From positions 1-64,000 of IMG/VR virus record IMGVR_UViG_3300033475_000013: a stretch of 64,000 nt of DNA; one strand, given 5' to 3'. Shown piece after piece: positions 7,676 through 17,620 of this stretch. The notes below the pieces were generated by a model. That model was not told where the DNA came from. It was given only the letters and a program-made list of their open reading frames with translations, and did not search any database. The stretch is from a virus (taxonomy: Duplodnaviria > Caudoviricetes). How positions within the stretch are numbered: the first letter of the stretch is position 1; each line of letters opens with the position of its first letter. A program made the translations under genes and the position numbers.

Positions 7676-8802
7676 ATCTCATTATAAGCGGATAACACTT
7701 TCTTCCATTCTAGTATGGATACTTTCTTCTTACATCCGGAATCAATAGTATCAATGACTAATTTAAAATCATATCCACTAACATTTACTGATGTTATGAC
7801 CGGATTTACAGCTTGATTTAAAGCAGCAATATCAAGCCACTTATCTTCAGGCTTATAATAAATTCCTCTCTTACTCACCTCAATTTCAAAAGTTCCACCT
7901 TCACAGCGTAGAGTAATTACTTTTGTTTGGGCTGCGGTTATTTCTTCTGGAGTGGCTAGTCGATAGCCTGATTTTGTTTCATGACATTGATCTTTGCTTC
8001 GAAATAAATTTTCTCTAACTCTCTCAATTAATTTGTAAGGACCAGCTTTATGTGATTTACCATCAAAAAATATCCAATCACCAACCTTAAACTTTTCTTC
8101 ATACACTGGCTCAAACCAGAGATCAAGAACACCAGCTTTCTTTAAAAAATCAGAAGCAGGAGAAGTAAAAGTAAAATTGTATCCTTCTGCATAATTGGTA
8201 AGTTTCCCATTTGAAAATCTTAGGATAGCACTAGCTGCTTCTTCATACTGTTTGCAATCATCCTTTAATTTGTAACCGATTATTTTCTTTTCCATAGTTT
8301 TAGGTTCTGATCCATTGAATGTTTGGGGTGAGAAATGTGAAATAATTTCTTCTTTTGTGGCCTTTCTTAACCACTTTGAAGCCTTTACACCAACGCCAGA
8401 CATCCAATGTTCTTTGAGATTATACTCATCAGTTATAGCACCATGTAATTCACTTTTGTAAAAGTGATTTTTCTTATAGGCAATTCTATAATCATTATCC
8501 ATTACAAGATTCTTATGACAATAAAATAATTCACCAGGATTTATATCATCATCATCAACCATTGCAGCTAATGCCAGAACAAGATCAGGATTGGAGGCTG
8601 ATACATCATAACGATCTCTGTAATTTCTAAGATGATCATATCCCAATGTTCCAAGTTCATCACACCAATTAGTGAGTAAATACCTATCAGTATTCGTTAT
8701 TTTACTGCCTATCACATATCCTAATTCAAGTAATTTAATAGATAATTCTTTTAATTGTTCGGTTGTGCCTTCAATGGCAAGCGGATACTTAAATTTTTTC
8801 AT
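7666..8802 (-). CDS. Hypothetical phage protein, 378 aa
   Basis: Long ORF with an internally repeated LRKATKEEI / YRLATPEEI motif. Confidence 0.7.
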   Translation of the reverse strand: MKKFKYPLAIEGTTEQLKELSIKLLELGYVIGSKITNTDRYLLTNWCDELGTLGYDHLRNYRDRYDVSASNPDLVLALAAMVDDDDINPGELFYCHKNLVMDNDYRIAYKKNHFYKSELHGAITDEYNLKEHWMSGVGVKASKWLRKATKEEIISHFSPQTFNGSEPKTMEKKIIGYKLKDDCKQYEEAASAILRFSNGKLTNYAEGYNFTFTSPASDFLKKAGVLDLWFEPVYEEKFKVGDWIFFDGKSHKAGPYKLIERVRENLFRSKDQCHETKSGYRLATPEEITAAQTKVITLRCEGGTFEIEVSKRGIYYKPEDKWLDIAALNQAVNPVITSVNVSGYDFKLVIDTIDSGCKKKVSILEWKKVLSAYNEICK

Positions 8803-8989
8803 TGTTGTTTAGTTTAAAAATAATCTACTCATCTCAAGTCCATGCTGCACCCGCAGCGTTAAATTCCAGTCATAGATCCTGCGTAGTTTCCATTCTGGCC
8901 TGTTCATCAATTCTTCGTAACTCATCTCCATGTAGAGATTCAAATAAATCCATTGAGCGTCGTAGTTGAATGAGAAGTAGGTGTCCATC

Positions 8990-9712
8990 TTAATCGCAAT
9001 GACATTGTGGAGGAAACATGTCTTCATGGAAGTAATCGGTGTCTATTTTGAATCTAGTGCCAGATAATACCAATCGCGTTATAAAAGCAATGAAATTATC
9101 TTTCATAAGACCCCTGGTAAACGGTATCTCAGCAACGGCTCCATCAATTGATATTTTCATTTTCTCAGTAGAGCCATTAGATGGTATTGATAAAAAATGA
9201 TATTTTTTTACCTGTTCTTTTTTGGTGGCGTAATCTTCATGAAGTGTGAGATCATAAGTTTTTTCGCCTGTTGAAAGATGTATTTCATACCATCCATATT
9301 GTGAATTTTTTTCCATGCGTAAATCGCAATCATCATAATACTTCACCTCGGTGAATTCAACAAATTTCTTTAGAAATTCAGAAAATAACATTTCACTTTC
9401 TTCGCGCAATAGAATTTCTTTTACTTGTGGTAAATAAGTCTGGCTCAGTGCGGTGTTGGCAATAGCATCTATCTGATCACTTAGTTTTTCATTCAACATC
9501 GTAATGATGTCGGGTAACTGAAGAGGGTAACTGAATTTTTTATCAATCAATGCTTCTTCAATTGCCTTTCGATAAGGAGAATTGTAACCACTGTAATATT
9601 CTTTCAGTGCCTCAATTGCGCCTTTCATTGCAAATTCATTAGCTTTCTCTTGCAGCACAGCAAGATCAAGAACTGGTAATATCTGGTTTGTCTCCATTAT
9701 TTTTTTATTCAA
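8990..9712 (-). CDS. Hypothetical phage protein
   Basis: 240-aa ORF. Confidence 0.7.
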   Translation of the reverse strand: MNKKIMETNQILPVLDLAVLQEKANEFAMKGAIEALKEYYSGYNSPYRKAIEEALIDKKFSYPLQLPDIITMLNEKLSDQIDAIANTALSQTYLPQVKEILLREESEMLFSEFLKKFVEFTEVKYYDDCDLRMEKNSQYGWYEIHLSTGEKTYDLTLHEDYATKKEQVKKYHFLSIPSNGSTEKMKISIDGAVAEIPFTRGLMKDNFIAFITRLVLSGTRFKIDTDYFHEDMFPPQCHCD

Positions 9713-9876
9713 ATAGTTTTAATTTCTTTACAAGAATCATAAAGACTCTTAATATCAGCGCGTTCATTTCCAGTACACTGATTGCTGTTTAGGGCAATAT
9801 GAATAGACTTTTGTAACAAATGATATTCATACTCAGTTAAGTTTAAGATTCACTTCAATGCCGTGTTCTGATAATT

Positions 9877-10170
9877 TTACTGTTGTTTGCATTCTCTTTT
9901 GGTTAGTTTTTTATGAAGATGACTAATCAATTCTTTCTGATTCTCACACCGAGATTTAAGCTTCTTCACTCTCAACTCAAGAAGTTCAACATACTTCTCA
10001 TTGATTGTCTTAAGCCTTAATTGTAATGAATCAATCTTATGCTTTAACTCTTCGATGTAAGCCTCATCCTTACCTTTATCAACTTGATTCTTTCTAAGCA
10101 AGGTATTCTCACACTCCAGCTTTTTGATTTTGAGCAAAAGGTCTTCTTTGGATATCGAATAAAGTCTCAT
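9877..10170 (-). CDS. Coiled-coil hypothetical protein
   Basis: Heptad-rich K/E/L sequence. Confidence 0.55.
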   Translation of the reverse strand: MRLYSISKEDLLLKIKKLECENTLLRKNQVDKGKDEAYIEELKHKIDSLQLRLKTINEKYVELLELRVKKLKSRCENQKELISHLHKKLTKRECKQQ

Positions 10171-10526
10171 ACCAAAAGAGCGTTAGCCTTATAATCATCA
10201 CAAAAAGGATTATTTACATCCCAGTAAAAAATCTCGTGATAGCCAGATAAAGAATATCCCATGTCACGATATAATTTACGATACAACTCATGATTTTTCT
10301 TCACTCCAAGCAGATTGAATAAAACAAGAAACTCATTTAGTAATTGACTGTCATCAATCAATTTACGAACTGATGGATTCGCCTTCCAACGGATCACATC
10401 ATCATCATCAATAATGATTTCATGTTTATGATGTGGTTCATTCCTGAGAATTTTTTTATACTCTGGAACTGAGTCAATTATTTTGGCTATCTCTTCGCTC
10501 ATTATCTTTTGGTTTAAATGATTCAC
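10167..10526 (-). CDS. Hypothetical protein
   Basis: ORF in operon. Confidence 0.6.
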   Translation of the reverse strand: MNHLNQKIMSEEIAKIIDSVPEYKKILRNEPHHKHEIIIDDDDVIRWKANPSVRKLIDDSQLLNEFLVLFNLLGVKKNHELYRKLYRDMGYSLSGYHEIFYWDVNNPFCDDYKANALLV

Positions 10527-10622
10527 TCACAACAATTGATCTGCTATCACGCAGATGAGGAGCAAGCATCACAGGTTCGTAACGCTTGCCATCCACTACT
10601 ATTCTTACTCTTCGTTTTACCA

Positions 10623-11093
10623 TTAGAATGATCGATGAAGAGTCCTCTTAAACAAATCCGTCGTGAGCACAATAGCCTGTGAATGGAAAGGCTTGCCCGC
10701 TACAATCAATGGTTTATTCAACACCGCCATCACAACCTTACCAGGCTTTGCATCACGCTTGAGTGAATTGAATTGTTTCTTCAGCTTCGGATATTTATCC
10801 GTGAATGATTTGAGCTTACCAATACCTTCTTTGGTAAGTGTCATCTTGTACTTGTTACGTACCACAGCACCACGTTTGTTCACTGATGGCATAGTCGCCT
10901 TATCTCGAAGGATATAACCTCCACCAGCCTTGTGCTCCTGCATGTTACGAACATGTACTTCCATTTCTTTTACAGGCTCTTCACGATGGTACAATCCCAT
11001 CTTACGGCGATCAGAACGTGGTATGTTCTTCACATAGTTTTTGTCTTTCTTATAAGCCTCATTGGGCTCGTTGACTGTTACTTTTCTGCTCAT
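10623..11093 (-). CDS. Basic Lys/Arg-rich hypothetical protein
   Basis: Likely start MSRKV at 11093, overlapping the upstream stop. Confidence 0.6.
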   Translation of the reverse strand: MSRKVTVNEPNEAYKKDKNYVKNIPRSDRRKMGLYHREEPVKEMEVHVRNMQEHKAGGGYILRDKATMPSVNKRGAVVRNKYKMTLTKEGIGKLKSFTDKYPKLKKQFNSLKRDAKPGKVVMAVLNKPLIVAGKPFHSQAIVLTTDLFKRTLHRSF

Positions 11094-11371
11094 GATAGTT
11101 TTACAATTAAAGAGTTTAAATATGATTTTCGATTTTGTTTTGATTCCGTTCGATACTGTGTAATCACCAGAATTAGTTTGCGGCGGATAGTGACAAGTAT
11201 AGTGAACACACCTTCCCGCTGGCGAAGCATCCATTGCCAGATTTGTGTCGGCATTGCTATCCATCCACACAGATAGCCTGCATTCACAATATGAACAAAC
11301 ATCTTGCGATGGGTATAGTGTGGTTTACCATGGCCACTTCTGCCGTACTCGGGAAAATATCTATAACTCAT
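11090..11371 (-). CDS. Hypothetical protein
   Basis: ORF with 4-nt overlaps on both sides. Confidence 0.55.
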   Translation of the reverse strand: MSYRYFPEYGRSGHGKPHYTHRKMFVHIVNAGYLCGWIAMPTQIWQWMLRQREGVFTILVTIRRKLILVITQYRTESKQNRKSYLNSLIVKLS

Positions 11372-11643
11372 TTCTTACCGCGTTTTTTGTAATCACTGAA
11401 TACATGCCAATTGTATTTTACTCGTTTGCCGTCACACCACTCGACACTGTCACGACTGATTACAGTATACCCAATACATTTTTGCTTTGTAATCTTTGAT
11501 GGATTTAGTTTGCCATTAAGGTGAACACCTGAATACCAGCCAGCACTAAAAACAAGTGCCAGAACGAAAACAATCAATAAGCCATTTACTGTGCCTCGTA
11601 AGGCATTATGGCGCTGAGCATTTTTCTCTTCGTAGTAATCCAT
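11368..11643 (-). CDS. Small membrane protein
   Basis: Single TM segment GLLIVFVLALVFSAGW. Confidence 0.55.
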   Translation of the reverse strand: MDYYEEKNAQRHNALRGTVNGLLIVFVLALVFSAGWYSGVHLNGKLNPSKITKQKCIGYTVISRDSVEWCDGKRVKYNWHVFSDYKKRGKK

Positions 11644-11650
11644 AAATCTG

Positions 11651-12232
11651 TTATTTTAATCTTTCCGACAAATCAGCGTTTTTATACTCAACAAATTTTA
11701 AGTGTTTGTCAATAGTAGACCGACTAAGCCCTGTTTGTTTAATGATCTCGGAGATACGCGCACCATTGCTACGCAACTCTTCAACCTGGCTTAGCTTATC
11801 TGCATCCGTAAACCTTCTCCCAAGCTTGCGCCCCTGGCTCTTCACATAAGCAAGCCCTGAGATCGTACGCTCTGAAATCAAGTCCCGCTCAAACTCAGCA
11901 ATAGAGGCCATGATATTGAATATTAGTTTGCCCTGGGAAGTAGTGGTATTAAAGTTATCGTTGAGTGAAATGAGATCGACCTGCTTCTCTTTAAAATTGT
12001 TCACAAGTGAAATGAGATGCTGTAAAGATCTTCCTAATCTATCAAGTTTATGAATGACTACAGTATCACCTTCCTTCAGTGTTGCAATCATTTTATCAAG
12101 TTCCGGCCGACTGGCTTTTGTGCCTGTTATTTTTTCAGTGAAGATAATCTCACAGCCATACTTCTGAAGGTCGGACACTTGCCTGCCTAAATTCTGATCT
12201 TGCGTTGAGACGCGGGCGTAACCTATTTTCAT
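11651..12232 (-). CDS. Small serine recombinase (resolvase/invertase family)
   Basis: MKIGYARVST with catalytic Ser, VIHKLDRLGRS, AEFERDLISERT, C-terminal HTH. Confidence 0.95.
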   Translation of the reverse strand: MKIGYARVSTQDQNLGRQVSDLQKYGCEIIFTEKITGTKASRPELDKMIATLKEGDTVVIHKLDRLGRSLQHLISLVNNFKEKQVDLISLNDNFNTTTSQGKLIFNIMASIAEFERDLISERTISGLAYVKSQGRKLGRRFTDADKLSQVEELRSNGARISEIIKQTGLSRSTIDKHLKFVEYKNADLSERLK

Positions 12233-12500
12233 TTCTTTGATTTTAATTTGCGTTCAAAATCATCCCAAAGGGATTTATAAACAATCATTGGTATCACATA
12301 GCCCACGACAACAATAAATGCTATAATCAATACCGTTGATACTACTGTGATAATTATCTCTTTAGGTGTCATTGTTGTATTCTTAAATTTAGTTTGCTTT
12401 TTGTTAAAAGATTGGAGGCTCGTTTCCCTTTCTTATCTGCTATACAAAGGCAAGTGTTACGTACCACATTTTCCTTCTTTACAGAATCATACTCGACCAC

Positions 12501-12878
12501 TTACGTTTTCGCGGGAGCACTCCAATTTTTAATTTCTATTTTAACCAATCTAAACAGCAACTGAGCCCAATCCTTTTTGGTAATGTCCAGGTAACAGCCG
12601 GAAAGCTTAAGCATGTAAAGAAACTTAATGACTACCTCATCATCTTGCACATAAAACTTAATCGACTGGCTTTCGGTCTTACTGTAACCGTCAAACTTGT
12701 ACAAGTAGAATTCTCCGTGGTCATCTTTCATCTTGACATTAATAATATCACCGTACTGGTCAGGTGCCATCAGCTTTTCAAAATTAGTTTGCCGTTGCTG
12801 CAAAGCTTCTATTGCAAACTGGCGAACTTGGCGCCGCTCTGCTTTAGAGGAAGACGGATTTATAAAGGTTGTTTTCAT
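12501..12878 (-). CDS. Hypothetical protein
   Basis: ORF in operon. Confidence 0.55.
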   Translation of the reverse strand: MKTTFINPSSSKAERRQVRQFAIEALQQRQTNFEKLMAPDQYGDIINVKMKDDHGEFYLYKFDGYSKTESQSIKFYVQDDEVVIKFLYMLKLSGCYLDITKKDWAQLLFRLVKIEIKNWSAPAKT

Positions 12879-13864
12879 GCTCTGATTCCAGTTATTTCAA
12901 AAAACTTATCTGAGTCAAAACCAGGCAAAGAAGTAAATACAGATTTCTTTTTATCCGTTAAATTACCCCAAAGATTTGCCCATGCTTCTTTGATTGGAAT
13001 AGTTTTTAAATAACCTTCTGTAGTTTCGTGCTTAGGATTTTTTTCTTTTTCTTCAGCACTCATTAATGAAGATGGAACCCAAATTGTAAAGTCAAGATTA
13101 GACATGATTTGGCAAGCTTCGTGATTCTCCCAATCACGCACATTTATATCAGTCAATTTATCAAATAAAATCAATTTAGGGTTTGATTCGGTGCAGAATG
13201 CGCCCGAATTCCTGTAGCCCGAATTACTGTCGCCCGAATTCCTGTCGCCCGAATTCCAGTTGCCCGAATTCCAGTTGCCCGAATTCCTGTTGCCCGAATT
13301 CCTGTCGCCCGAATTACTGTCGCCCGAATTCCAGTTGCCCGAATTCCAGTTGCCCGAATTCCTGTTGCCCGAATTACTGTTGCCCGAATTCCAGTTGCCC
13401 GAATTCCAGTTGCCCGAATTACTGTCGCCCGAATTACTGTCGCCCGAATTCCAGTTGCCCGAATTCCTGTCGCCCGAATTCCTGTTGCCCGAATTACTGT
13501 TGCCCGAATTACTGTCGCCCGAATTCCAGTTGCCCGAATTAGAATGACCGGTATTGTCCTTTCCTTCATTGGCTAAAAATAAAACTTCAGACCACTCAAT
13601 GATGCGAATGATATGAAGCTTATTAGTACAAACTTTAGAATCTTCATCGTGTGTTTGTGTTTCTCCTAACGCTTCAACTTCGCAGACAATATTTTTTGGA
13701 TCAAAATCGTAATACGAAAAACAATCAGAAGCTTTCAAACAAAAATGTAAGCCTGAACGACAAATTGTTATTGGAAGAGGCACTTCAAAAGTCTTGCCGA
13801 CTTCGTATTTCATATTGTTTTGTTTCGCGGTAAAATCTGGATTGAATACTTTATAACCTTTCAT
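12875..13864 (-). CDS. Phage pentapeptide-repeat protein ([ND][WRS]NSG repeats)
   Basis: N-terminal GYKVF...YEVGK...GLHFC domain; 23 xxNSG repeats; C-terminal domain. Confidence 0.85.
   Translation of the reverse strand: MKGYKVFNPDFTAKQNNMKYEVGKTFEVPLPITICRSGLHFCLKASDCFSYYDFDPKNIVCEVEALGETQTHDEDSKVCTNKLHIIRIIEWSEVLFLANEGKDNTGHSNSGNWNSGDSNSGNSNSGNRNSGDRNSGNWNSGDSNSGDSNSGNWNSGNWNSGNSNSGNRNSGNWNSGNWNSGDSNSGDRNSGNRNSGNWNSGNWNSGDRNSGDSNSGYRNSGAFCTESNPKLILFDKLTDINVRDWENHEACQIMSNLDFTIWVPSSLMSAEEKEKNPKHETTEGYLKTIPIKEAWANLWGNLTDKKKSVFTSLPGFDSDKFFEITGIRA
13202..13546 (-). repeat. 23 x 15-bp coding tandem repeat
   Basis: Unit (A/G)AC-(TGG/AGG/AGT)-AAT-TCG-GGC on the minus strand; 345 bp equals 23 units. 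Confidence 0.95.
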
Positions 13865-13892
13865 ATATATGTTTTTTAAAATTAGTTTGCGC

Positions 13893-14168
13893 CTATGGCT
13901 TTACAGATTTCAAAAGTTCCTTAATGTGTCGCTCTGTTTCTGCGATATTGTAAGACTGAAATACAATCCATCCGCCGTATTGCTTATTATGGAATTTGCG
14001 GCCTCCTATCTTCTTTGCACGGCTCAAAGCAAGTGCGTAACGTGCGTCTAAAGAGGTAAATTCATCTTTATCAGTGAGTAGATTAAGAAAGTGGCACACG
14101 TAACGAGGGTTACCGTTCGTGTCGTTATTGATTCGAGTAAAATCTATTTTACTTTCAATTGTTTTCAT
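13893..14168 (-). CDS. Hypothetical protein
   Basis: Likely start MKTIESK at 14168. Confidence 0.6.
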   Translation of the reverse strand: MKTIESKIDFTRINNDTNGNPRYVCHFLNLLTDKDEFTSLDARYALALSRAKKIGGRKFHNKQYGGWIVFQSYNIAETERHIKELLKSVKP

Positions 14169-14172
14169 GGCC

Positions 14173-14658
14173 TTAATTGATTTCTTGTAGTTGTTCAATC
14201 TCTGATTGAGTAAAAAAATGTTTAACATCGTGCCATTGCTCAACACAAAGTTGCCATGTTGAATAAGCTTTTCGAGAATCTTCATCGTAACCATATTCAC
14301 TGCAAAATTCCTCAAAGTTCCCCGGATCACTTTTAACTATGCAACATAGCACATCATAAGCGGTAGGTTTTTGTCCATTTGGATTATCAACAAAAGTACT
14401 CCATGACCTAATGTCATTTACTCTTTTAGAGTGTTGTAAGTCTTTTAGTTGAATTCTGTAGGAATGTGCAGTTGATTGGCCAAAGGTTAGTGATAATGAT
14501 TTGTTCCTTTGTTCAGGTTTTTTAAAGACAATAGCATATTTGTCTCGTGATTCTTTCTCACCTTCAAAGTAAGGACCGAAAGAAACAAATCTAGCTTCAA
14601 AGGTAATTCCACAAGCTTGCATAAAGTCAATAGCTTGTTGTTCGTATGTAGTTTTCAT
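14173..14658 (-). CDS. Hypothetical phage protein
   Basis: ORF containing PTAYDVLCC...FEEFCSEYGYD. Confidence 0.65.
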   Translation of the reverse strand: MKTTYEQQAIDFMQACGITFEARFVSFGPYFEGEKESRDKYAIVFKKPEQRNKSLSLTFGQSTAHSYRIQLKDLQHSKRVNDIRSWSTFVDNPNGQKPTAYDVLCCIVKSDPGNFEEFCSEYGYDEDSRKAYSTWQLCVEQWHDVKHFFTQSEIEQLQEIN

Positions 14659-14776
14659 AATTTATAACCCGGTTTATGGTTACCGGAAACATTTTTTAGT
14701 TTCTCCAATTGTTTCTTTATGCGCGCACTCATCTTCGTTGTAGACATGACGGATAGGATGAGTTTGTCTTCTTTAG

Positions 14777-14977
14777 TCAGCATAGTTTTGATTCTTTAGG
14801 CAGAGATCCAATGAATACCATTTCGTATTCTTCCTCATCAACCGGATATCCTTGTTCACCATCTTTAATAATGATATGTCCAGCTAATTCAAGATTATAC
14901 CCTGCGTTGTATTCTGGATAGGTTTCATCAGGAACGGCAGTTTTTCTGTAAATCGCATATAAGCTATCGGTTTTCAT
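14777..14977 (-). CDS. Hypothetical protein
   Basis: Short ORF. Confidence 0.5.
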   Translation of the reverse strand: MKTDSLYAIYRKTAVPDETYPEYNAGYNLELAGHIIIKDGEQGYPVDEEEYEMVFIGSLPKESKLC

Positions 14978-14989
14978 AATGTCGCGCGT

Positions 14990-15886
14990 TTAGTGAGTAT
15001 TGATTTGACCCCAACCCATTTTCTTAGCAAAGAGATTGATCTCTTTGCGCTCAATCTTATGACAACCAATAGTAAGAACACCATTCAAACCAAGCACGGT
15101 ATAACCATCAATCACAAATCCTATAACATCTTTGCCGCTCTTTATTCGCTCAAATAATATTTTGGCCTGCTTAACATTTACCCGCGCACCGTGCGAGGTC
15201 TCCACTACATTATCTGAAGCATTAAATCTCAAATAAACCTCATCAACATGATAGTATAACCTAATGTTTGCACCGCGTTTCCATTTCGCTATCTCTTTCT
15301 TTGCTTTTTCACGCCTTTCATTTTCTTGTGCCAACTCCCTACGTTGTGCCTCTAATTTTTGAGCCTCAAACGTGCTTTGTAGCTTGCTTAAATCCTGATC
15401 TTTGGCAAAGGCATACAATGCCACAAACGTATCGAATGTGAAGATTTTAATAGAAGTGTTGATAGCTGCCAGATATTTATCCACACGTTCAGCAATAGCC
15501 ACAATTTCAAGCTTTGCTTTATCATGAGTAACTTTGCGGCGTTTAGTGTCTTGAATAATAAGATATTGCTCATGCATCTCTTTACCAAAAGCCAGTATAT
15601 TACTATTAGCACCTTCAGACGGATCATTGCAGTAAACTAATTCTTTATGAGTTATAGCCCGCTGAACTTGGTACATATGCGAACTAGTCGTTACTGAATA
15701 CCTGCGAGTGGTAAACAATACTCTATTGTTATCAATCATGCGCGCGATACAAAAATGATGGCCATAAGAATAAATTTTGTCACCATTAAAAAACAGGTTC
15801 TTACCTGCGTTTCTACCTTCAGTCTGTGATTGTTTAGACCAAATATGCGCTACTTCATCGGTCGGAAATACTTTTTTCTGTCTCAT
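14990..15886 (-). CDS. Hypothetical phage protein
   Basis: 298-aa ORF with a central coiled coil. Confidence 0.7.
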   Translation of the reverse strand: MRQKKVFPTDEVAHIWSKQSQTEGRNAGKNLFFNGDKIYSYGHHFCIARMIDNNRVLFTTRRYSVTTSSHMYQVQRAITHKELVYCNDPSEGANSNILAFGKEMHEQYLIIQDTKRRKVTHDKAKLEIVAIAERVDKYLAAINTSIKIFTFDTFVALYAFAKDQDLSKLQSTFEAQKLEAQRRELAQENERREKAKKEIAKWKRGANIRLYYHVDEVYLRFNASDNVVETSHGARVNVKQAKILFERIKSGKDVIGFVIDGYTVLGLNGVLTIGCHKIERKEINLFAKKMGWGQINTH

Positions 15887-16230
15887 CTCCTTAAACCTTA
15901 TTTAGACCAAACACTCATTTTATTAGCAAATTCCATAGAGTCAATCTGAGTCTCTAATCTCATTTGCTTTTCAAAGGATGAAAAAGGCTTACTTGCCACT
16001 GGTTTTGGAAACATGTAGATAGCAGTGATAACCGCCGCAATTCCGATAATGATCTTGATTGTCTTCATTTTTGTATCCCGTTTTGCGTGTCCCGGTAACG
16101 TTTTTGTCTGTGATTATGATGTAAAGATATTAACAGATATTAAGAAGTCAATACGTCAAGCAAACTATTTTTTAAATATTGTGTAAGTTGTTGATTGTCA
16201 GAAAGAATAATTTTTTGTTAGGAATGGATT

Positions 16231-16791
16231 TTAGGCCGTTTGGCGTGCTTTATAAGTTGGTAAATCCTCACCAATCACAATAGATCTTATTGGACAGTCA
16301 TCATCAGGATTGATATAACGCTGGAATAATTCAGCCTGTTCCTTGAAATATAAATCCATAACCTGAATACCAAAATCAGTAATGCCAATGGCCAACGAAT
16401 CAGGCGAACTAACATACTCATAACTACCCAAACAACCTTTATCTAACAAGCCCTGAAGATAACCGCTAAACTTTGCCTTCGTCTTGAAACTACCAGTAAC
16501 AATCTTAAGAAATACTGTTTTACTAATTACCTGCCTGCCTAAATTCTCAAGCAATCCAGATAACAATAACAGACAATCAACCTCAAAGCGGTTAATACCA
16601 TAAGCCTGATAAACCTTGTCACGGTAACGAACTAGTAATTGCGTTTTGTAACAACGTTGCATATGCCTCACACTTGTTTGCAAATATTCGGCCGGTGTTG
16701 GCTTAATCGTGCCAACCGTGGGTTGCGCGGTGCGCTGCGTTACGGTGTAAGATGGAGAAATTTTAGTAGGCTTTTCTGATGATTTACCCAC
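16231..16791 (-). CDS. Winged-helix (MarR-like) DNA-binding protein
   Basis: YGINRFEVDCLLLL ... YLQGLLDKGCL ... IGITDFGIQVM matches the MarR wHTH pattern. Confidence 0.5.
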   Translation of the reverse strand: MGKSSEKPTKISPSYTVTQRTAQPTVGTIKPTPAEYLQTSVRHMQRCYKTQLLVRYRDKVYQAYGINRFEVDCLLLLSGLLENLGRQVISKTVFLKIVTGSFKTKAKFSGYLQGLLDKGCLGSYEYVSSPDSLAIGITDFGIQVMDLYFKEQAELFQRYINPDDDCPIRSIVIGEDLPTYKARQTA

Positions 16792-16924
16792 AAAATTATG
16801 TTTGGTTGCGAAGATTTGGTGTTAAACGTTCGATTATTACGAACTATGATCCAAAAATAGTTTAATCCAGCTTCAGTGTCAAGCTTTTATATGCTCTTAT
16901 TTTGAAAATATTGAAAACAGAGGC

Positions 16925-16971
16925 CCCCGGGTCTAGAAAAACCGATTGCCCAATCGGTCAGCGACCCGGGG
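16925..16971. repeat. GC-rich nested inverted repeat
   Basis: CCCCGGGTC (16925-33) pairs with GACCCGGGG (16963-71) and encloses ACCGATTG-CC-CAATCGGT (16941-58). Confidence 0.85.
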
Positions 16972-17004
16972 ATGGTCTACCGCCTGGCGCAGGGAGGTAT
17001 CCTT

Positions 17005-17307
17005 TCAGAATGGGCACCAGTTTTGGCCGTGAATGGCGATCATATCTTTTATCCAGTCATCTTTGGAAGCGAACGGGCTCATTAGAGGCTCGTCACGCGA
17101 AATTATTCGTGGGTAGTGTGTTTGTACGTCTGCATGGTCGATCCAAGCGGAGACGCGGTTTGAGATGAGTCGTCTGGCTTCTTTTCCGGAATCATGGATG
17201 TCGAGGTCGAGGGCTTTGATGAGTTCCTGGACGTTTGGGAGGTTCAGGATTTTGGATTGTTGCTGGTTGAGTATCATGGATTCGAAGGTAAATGAAAATA
17301 TTAACAT
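17005..17307 (-). CDS. Hypothetical protein
   Basis: 100-aa ORF in a higher-GC patch. Confidence 0.45.
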   Translation of the reverse strand: MLIFSFTFESMILNQQQSKILNLPNVQELIKALDLDIHDSGKEARRLISNRVSAWIDHADVQTHYPRIISRDEPLMSPFASKDDWIKDMIAIHGQNWCPF

Positions 17308-17317
17308 TTGTTAATCT

Positions 17318-17510
17318 ACTATCCCGGTCTAAAATTTTATTTATTGTTTTTTTCACCTTCCCACTGGTCACAGATACTAACTCTCCCGCCCCTTTGATAT
17401 ATTTCTCTAAAAAGAAATATATCTACAGGGAGTGACCGGGAGAGTTGATCAGTTGTATTCGGTTGACTCTCCCGGGATAGTCCGGGATAGTCCGGGAGAG
17501 TCGGGGGACT
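17318..17510. repeat. Cluster of CCGGGA(T/G)AGT 10-mers in direct and inverted orientation (iteron-like)
   Basis: Copies at 17318(rc), 17436, 17466(rc), 17472, 17482, 17492; 9/10 copy at 17380(rc). Confidence 0.85.
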
Positions 17511-17620
17511 CTATCAAAAATTTGGATATTATTTCAATTTTTTGCTACTTTGAATTTCTGATTGAAATTTTTCGAAGTAGGACTCGAAGGATTTTGGTCT
17601 GGTTTAAATCCACCTATAGA

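Noticed and set aside
11500-12400. Tn3-family or IS element around the resolvase
   Set aside because: No transposase, terminal inverted repeats or target duplication; flanking small ORFs abut the gene.
13202-13546. CRISPR array or DGR template
   Set aside because: Contiguous 15-bp in-frame coding repeat with no unique spacers; no reverse transcriptase or TR/VR pair seen.
13171-13569. Alternative-frame ORFs over the pentapeptide repeat (RATGI, PEFQL, CPNSS frames)
   Set aside because: Open only because the 15-bp unit lacks stops in those frames.
16902-17168. Plus-strand 88-aa ORF across the GC-rich palindrome
   Set aside because: TTG start, overlaps a more plausible minus-strand ORF, and its composition reflects the inverted repeats.
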